Below, piece by piece: positions 59,510 to 64,000 of a DNA stretch of 64,000 bases. A program made the translations under genes and the position numbers. The DNA is from Gammaproteobacteria bacterium (GTDB taxonomy: Bacteria; Pseudomonadota; Gammaproteobacteria; CBDBNL01; JAAOII01), in assembly GCA_965207705.1 (NCBI GenBank), contig OZ242292.1, positions 1,637,276-1,701,275 on the forward strand, given 5' to 3'. Within the stretch, counting starts at the first letter, position 1, and each line of letters begins with the position of its first letter. The notes under the pieces are model-generated. The model made no database searches. It saw only the letters and a program-made list of their open reading frames with translations, and had not been told where the DNA came from.

Positions 59510-62332
59510 ATGAAAACATCAGCGCTACTATTTTCGCTAATTTGCATCTTGACGCTGGCTGCCTGTGCTGGCGGAGGCGGCGGTGGCGGAGGTAGCACAC
59601 CAGGAGGCAAACCTAATCCCCCTCCCGCTGGAATTGGCGTATTAAACTTACGGGTTATCCCTGATGAAACCAACGCTACTCTTATATGGAATAACCCTGA
59701 TGTGAATATAACCAGCATTAATATAACCTACCACAACAAAAGTACCCCTGATGCTTTACAATACTTCCCTTTAATAACAGAGGAAGATAGCATTAGCTCC
59801 AATGCAACAAACGTAACTAAAGTGATAACTAATTTAGAAGAGGGGTCAATCTATATCTTTAATGTTCGTTTGGAACTGGGCGGTGCCGATGAAAATAAAA
59901 CTGTGAATAGAGAATTATCCGAAACCCGCTTAATTGGTCCCAACCTTGACCAAGACGAATATGCGGATGCCGACCTTCTTGAAACGGATGAAGATGGAGA
60001 TGGCGTCAATGATAATCTGGATGCTTTCCCTCGCAATACCACTTTGTCCGCCTTTGCGGTTACAGAATTATCCGCACGTCCTGGCAACGGCGAGGTCACC
60101 CTTAGCTGGAATAATCCAGTTGCAGAAATAGCCAGCATTAGTATAAGCTACCAAAGAGATGATTTTGTTGGTCAACTTATGATGAATAGCAGCGCTCAAA
60201 TAACCTCTGGCGAACAGAATGTGCAAGAAACCATAGAAGGACTAACCAACGGACAATCCTATACTTTTAATGTTACCTTGACATTAACTGGCGATGATGC
60301 TGCTAAGAAAGTAATGGTAGCATCCACTACTGCAACTCCTGGCGCCTTTTCAGTAATAGATTTAGCAGCGTCTCCTGGAGCTGGCAATGTAACTCTTAAC
60401 TGGAATAATCCAGATGCAGATATAGCCAGCATTAGCATAAGCTATGAAGTTACTGGTTCTGGCATGTCCACAACAGTGGGAGCTAGCAACACTGGCAGAG
60501 GTGCGAGTGTGGAACAAACCATAACTGGACTAACCAACGGACAATCATATACTTTCAATATTAGCTTAACATTGCAAAATGATGATGCTGGCAGGGAAGG
60601 CATGGCGGTATCTGACACCGCAACTCCTAACGTCTTTGCAGTAACAGATTTAACAGCGATTCCTAACGACAGCAGCGTCACTCTTAGCTGGATAAATCCA
60701 GATGCAGATATAGCCAGCATTAGTATAAGCTATTATGAAGTTACTGGTTCTGGTGCGTCCACAACAGTGGGAGCAAGCAACATTGGCAGGGAAGCGAGTG
60801 TGGAAGAAACCATAGATGGCTTAGATAACGAAGTATCCTATAACTTCACTGTTAGTTTAACTTTAGGTGGTGACATCTATGCTGGCAGGGAAGGACCTGC
60901 GTTATCTATTATTGTGGGTATTGGACCCAATTTAGATGGAGACGAATATGCTGATTTTGTGGATAATGACGTTGATGGCGATAGTTTTATCAATGCTGAT
61001 GACGTAGATGATGACGGCGATGGCCTGATAGAGATTGCCACTGCGGCGCAACTTGACCAGATTCGCTATAATCTATTGGGCAGTAGTTTGAATACAAGCG
61101 ATGGAGTAGCCGGCGATGCCAGCGGTTGCGGCGGGCTAAACGACATCAGCGAATGCAACGGCTATGAGCTTACACATAATATATCCCTTGACGGCTATCC
61201 CAACTGGGTGCCAATTGGCAGCTGCGGAGACTTCGAGGGTACTGGCGAGAATCCTTGTACTACTGTGAGTTCATTATTCAGCACTACTTTTGATGGCAAT
61301 GGTTGGACAATTAGCAATCTTACTATAACAAACCCTGCTGCCCCCTACAACAACGCGGCAGGATTGTTTGGTGCAATCAGCCCTGATTCTATTCTGCGTA
61401 ATGTTCATATACGATCTGCCAACATTAGCGGTGGTGACAGTAATGTGGGGCTGTTGGTTGGTTATGCACAAAGAGCAAGAATTAGCAATAGTTCCGCAGA
61501 AGGAGAGGTTATGGCTACTGTGAGTGGGAAGAAGGTCGGCGGTCTGGTTGGTGATGGGGCGAACGCCAATATAACTTCATCTTATGTGACTGGCGGGTCT
61601 ATCAGCGGGCTTAGTAGTATTGGTGGTCTGATTGGTGCTGGAAATTTTGCCGTGATTACATCATCTTATGCGATGAATATTACTGTCCTTAGTGATAACA
61701 ATAATGCTGGCGGTCTGGTTGGTGCTGGAAATTTTGCCATCATTACATCATCTTATGTGGTTGGCGGGTCTGTCATCGGGCTGGATAGAGTTGGCGGTAT
61801 GGCTGGTAATGGGGAGAGCAGTACCAAGATTACTTTGTCTTATGTGGGGGACTTGTTTATCAGTGGAAGGAGTAATATTGGCGGCATGGTTGGGGGTGGT
61901 AATAGCATAATCACTTCGTCTTATGTGGGAGGTGGTGTTGACATCATAGGTACCGGTAGGAACATCGGCGGTATGATTGGTTCTGGGGATGGCGCTACCA
62001 TCAAATCGTCTTATGTTGCGGCTGATACTATCAGCGGGACTAGTCATTTCGGCGGTATACTTGGTTTTGGGACTCTTAATGCTGCCAGCTCCAACTCCTA
62101 TTGGAATAACGAGACGAGCGGTATAACTGGTGGAAGTGTGGCCGGTAAAAGCGAAGGCAAAACCACTGATGAATTGCGGAACCCAGAAATGTTTGTAGGG
62201 AGTATTTATGCAACTTGGGAGGATGATATGTGTGGTGGCGATGATGACTCCATTGCCTGGGATTTAGGCAACTCAACCCAATACCCCGCCCTCAACTGCA
62301 CTCCCGGCGGCAAAGATGCCCAGCGTCCATAA
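59510..62332 (+). CDS. large surface lipoprotein with a poly-Gly linker, four FN3-like about 97-aa repeats, thrombospondin-type-3-like Asp-rich Ca-binding motifs and about 8 GLUG-type beta-helix repeats (paralog 3 of 3)
   Basis: Signal MKTSALLFSLICILTLAAC (lipobox), then GGGGGGGGS. Repeats LSWNNPDADIASISISY...TGSG...TITGLTNGQSYTFN occur four times. GPNLDGDEYADFVDNDVDGDSFINADDVDDDGDG follows. Then comes the conserved IEIATAAQLDQIRYNL...WVPIG...FDGNGWTISNL module and repeated IGGLIGAGNFAVITSSYV units. Confidence 0.8.
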   Translation: MKTSALLFSLICILTLAACAGGGGGGGGSTPGGKPNPPPAGIGVLNLRVIPDETNATLIWNNPDVNITSINITYHNKSTPDALQYFPLITEEDSISSNATNVTKVITNLEEGSIYIFNVRLELGGADENKTVNRELSETRLIGPNLDQDEYADADLLETDEDGDGVNDNLDAFPRNTTLSAFAVTELSARPGNGEVTLSWNNPVAEIASISISYQRDDFVGQLMMNSSAQITSGEQNVQETIEGLTNGQSYTFNVTLTLTGDDAAKKVMVASTTATPGAFSVIDLAASPGAGNVTLNWNNPDADIASISISYEVTGSGMSTTVGASNTGRGASVEQTITGLTNGQSYTFNISLTLQNDDAGREGMAVSDTATPNVFAVTDLTAIPNDSSVTLSWINPDADIASISISYYEVTGSGASTTVGASNIGREASVEETIDGLDNEVSYNFTVSLTLGGDIYAGREGPALSIIVGIGPNLDGDEYADFVDNDVDGDSFINADDVDDDGDGLIEIATAAQLDQIRYNLLGSSLNTSDGVAGDASGCGGLNDISECNGYELTHNISLDGYPNWVPIGSCGDFEGTGENPCTTVSSLFSTTFDGNGWTISNLTITNPAAPYNNAAGLFGAISPDSILRNVHIRSANISGGDSNVGLLVGYAQRARISNSSAEGEVMATVSGKKVGGLVGDGANANITSSYVTGGSISGLSSIGGLIGAGNFAVITSSYAMNITVLSDNNNAGGLVGAGNFAIITSSYVVGGSVIGLDRVGGMAGNGESSTKITLSYVGDLFISGRSNIGGMVGGGNSIITSSYVGGGVDIIGTGRNIGGMIGSGDGATIKSSYVAADTISGTSHFGGILGFGTLNAASSNSYWNNETSGITGGSVAGKSEGKTTDELRNPEMFVGSIYATWEDDMCGGDDDSIAWDLGNSTQYPALNCTPGGKDAQRP
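60052..60920 (+). repeat. three tightly similar tandem repeats of about 290 bp (FN3-like modules) inside GLUG paralog 3; a fourth diverged copy lies at about 59640-59950
   Basis: Units start at about 60052, 60347 and 60634 (TTTGCGGTTACAGAATTATCC, TTTTCAGTAATAGATTTAGCA, TTTGCAGTAACAGATTTAACA) and share long near-identical stretches, for example AGATGCAGATATAGCCAGCATTAGTATAAGCTAT. Confidence 0.85.
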
Positions 62333-62338
62333 AGGGTC

Positions 62339-62447
62339 CTGCGACGCAGGTCTGTTGTAAGGGCGGAGCCAGGGGGAATGAATATAGTTTCCGCCCGCAA
62401 GATGTCTAAAACTTGCGACGGACTGTCGGCATACTCGCGATAACATA
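62339..62447. repeat. REP element with the 15-nt module inserted in the hairpin loop
   Basis: GGTCTGTTGTAAGGGCGGAGCC-AGGGGGAATGAATATAG-TTTCCGCCCGCAAGATGTCTAAAACTTGCGACGG...CATACTCGCGATAAC has the same architecture as the first copy at 43992-44250. Confidence 0.8.
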
Positions 62448-62449
62448 AT

Positions 62450-63553
62450 ATGACAGACAGAGGTTTTCTAACACTGGCAGATGGCGCCAACCGTTATAAA
62501 CGCAGCGCCTACTATGTGCAAATGGCGAAGGGACTTATCCGCTCCATTAAACAATATGATACTAATGACACCAACTTCCCCGTTGCCATTATCAGCGATA
62601 GCCAGGATAAAGAACTGGCAAGCATGGCTGATGCTGTCATCAAACCAAAATCCGAATATGGGTTGGGAACTGTGCACAAACTATTTATTGATGCTTACAG
62701 CCCCTTCCAAGAAACCATATTTATTGAAGCGGACTGCCTTCTCTACACCGAACCACAACTACTATGGCAGATGATGACTGCGGATAATCTGCCCGTAGCA
62801 ATCCAACGTCAAGGGACAAAAGAGTTTGTCAGCGGTGATGGTAATTTTGCCATTGAAGACGTTACTCATTACCTTAACAAGTGCGGAATTACTAAGTTCT
62901 CCCACACTATAGGGGGTCTAATGTACTTTAATAGGAGCACCAAAGCACAGCAGGTTTTTGCCACAGCGCGAGAGCTATACGAAAAGCGTCAAGAAATTGG
63001 CTTGCGCCCTCTACAACAAATACCTGTCGCCGATGAAACAGTATTTGCCACTGCTTTAGCCATGCATAATATTCCTACACTACCCGCAGATAAAGTGCTG
63101 CTACAAGAAGAGTTCCGCATAATTAAGCGAAGGGGCTATAGCAAGCTAAACGTCTTGGTAAAGGGCGGCGCCCTTGTAACCCACTCTGGAGCTCCTCAAA
63201 CCTTGGTAGGACATTATTCGGCATTGGATAAGTTTACATTTGTATATATAAGAGAGTTGCAAAGATTGGCGCTATATAACAAGCTGAAACCATTACTTGG
63301 TGACACTGGTGACTCTGGTGATTCGTCAAAGAGTGAGTATACAAGAGTTGATTCATCAAGAGGGGATGCGCCAGACGATGCAACTCTATTCTTGATAACC
63401 CTACTGGCTACACTAACAGCAATTCCAACATTTTTAGTAATGAAAAAACGCAGGATTGCTTATTTGCTTTCAATGCTTTGGGGCAGATACAAAGTTGAGG
63501 GGATTAAGGGCTTAGTACCAAACAGAATTAAACCTAAAATTAAACCAAAATAA
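62450..63553 (+). CDS. hypothetical membrane-anchored protein, possibly a GT8-like nucleotide-diphospho-sugar transferase (GT-A fold)
   Basis: The N-terminus FLTLADGANRY...AKGLIRSIKQY......FPVAIISD and a later IFIEADCLLY (DxD-like) resemble the glycosyltransferase family 8 layout. A C-terminal hydrophobic helix (LFLITLLATLTAIPTFLVM) and a basic tail are present. The assignment is weak. Confidence 0.35.
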   Translation: MTDRGFLTLADGANRYKRSAYYVQMAKGLIRSIKQYDTNDTNFPVAIISDSQDKELASMADAVIKPKSEYGLGTVHKLFIDAYSPFQETIFIEADCLLYTEPQLLWQMMTADNLPVAIQRQGTKEFVSGDGNFAIEDVTHYLNKCGITKFSHTIGGLMYFNRSTKAQQVFATARELYEKRQEIGLRPLQQIPVADETVFATALAMHNIPTLPADKVLLQEEFRIIKRRGYSKLNVLVKGGALVTHSGAPQTLVGHYSALDKFTFVYIRELQRLALYNKLKPLLGDTGDSGDSSKSEYTRVDSSRGDAPDDATLFLITLLATLTAIPTFLVMKKRRIAYLLSMLWGRYKVEGIKGLVPNRIKPKIKPK

Positions 63554-63557
63554 AACT

Positions 63558-64000
63558 ATGATAACCATGATAACCATGATAATTAGGAACAAACCTATAT
63601 TTTACTTTTTATTTATATCGTCTTCTCTGCTATTAACTCCATTGAAACTTATGGCTGACAACCTTGTAGCTAAAGACGCGCCGCACGGCAATTATGTTGT
63701 GAGCATCAAACCGCTACAATTAATAATGGCGTCCCTCATTACTGACAAGGATAAACTTGAGCTAATTATTCCTCCTACAAGCTCACCCCATACTCATCGC
63801 TTAAAACCATCGGACATAGTGAGGATGAAACAAGCAAATATGGTCGTCTGGGCAGGCAAGGATTTGGAAAGTAATTTAGTCAAGCCACTGCGCAATGTTA
63901 AGCATACTCTGGAACTTATCAAAGAACTAGGACTCAAAGAAGGAAGCAAGGAAGCAAAAGAAGATGACCACGATGACCATGATGAGCATGAAGCACACGA
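63558..64000 (+). CDS. znuA: zinc ABC transporter substrate-binding protein ZnuA (5' partial, runs off window end)
   Basis: A signal peptide is followed by the ZnuA/TroA family-9 SBP N-lobe (SIKPLQLIMASL, PPTSSPHTHRLKPSDIVRMKQANMVVWAGKDLE) and the characteristic His/Asp-rich loop DDHDDHDEHEAH. It is not in the ORF track because no stop codon is reached. Confidence 0.8.
   Translation, partial: MITMITMIIRNKPIFYFLFISSSLLLTPLKLMADNLVAKDAPHGNYVVSIKPLQLIMASLITDKDKLELIIPPTSSPHTHRLKPSDIVRMKQANMVVWAGKDLESNLVKPLRNVKHTLELIKELGLKEGSKEAKEDDHDDHDEHEAH

Noticed and set aside
59422-59718. 98-aa minus-strand ORF with a PPPPPPPP run
   Set aside because: It is the antisense of the poly-Gly linker (GGGGGGGG) of GLUG paralog 3, a mirror artefact.

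Overview
This 64 kb window is a gammaproteobacterial-type chromosomal segment of mostly core genes. The core set comprises clpB, proA, nadD-rsfS-mrdA-rodA, two GSTs, an M20 amidohydrolase, a PlsC-family acyltransferase, lysS, NAD-dependent formate dehydrogenase, creatinase with a PotABCD-like ABC importer, a sugar locus (ABC importer, GH13 alpha-glucosidase, fructokinase, glucokinase), atpIBEFHAG, a 3-hydroxyacid dehydrogenase, tRNA-Arg(CCG), a BepA-like M48 protease, a CDF transporter, lipA, dprA, sodB, aapJQMP, tRNA-Pro(CGG), bfr, oadGAB, a GT8-like protein and the start of znuA. A family of palindromic REP-like elements (core GTCTGTAGGGGCGGAGCTGCGCTCCGCCCGCAAAATGC) is scattered between these genes at about ten intergenic sites. 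Three visibly AT-rich accessory insertions stand out. The first is a two-gene module between lipA and dprA encoding a SAMHD1/dGTPase-like HD-domain dNTP triphosphohydrolase plus a small protein resembling a Panacea (DUF4065) domain, a candidate dNTP-depletion defence or toxin-antitoxin module. The second is an orphan beta-class DNA methyltransferase fused to an N-terminal LexA/UmuD-like S24 peptidase domain, bracketed by REP clusters. The third is a compact convergent type II R-M system, an EcoRI/MunI-family restriction endonuclease with an MT-A70-family adenine methyltransferase, inserted between the sugar locus and the atp operon. Three paralogous lipoproteins with GLUG beta-helix repeats, FN3-like repeats and calcium-binding Asp-rich repeats each sit behind a near-consensus sigma70 promoter and next to REP elements. 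The atp operon stops after atpG, with no atpD or atpC in the window. No CRISPR array, integrase or transposase was seen.
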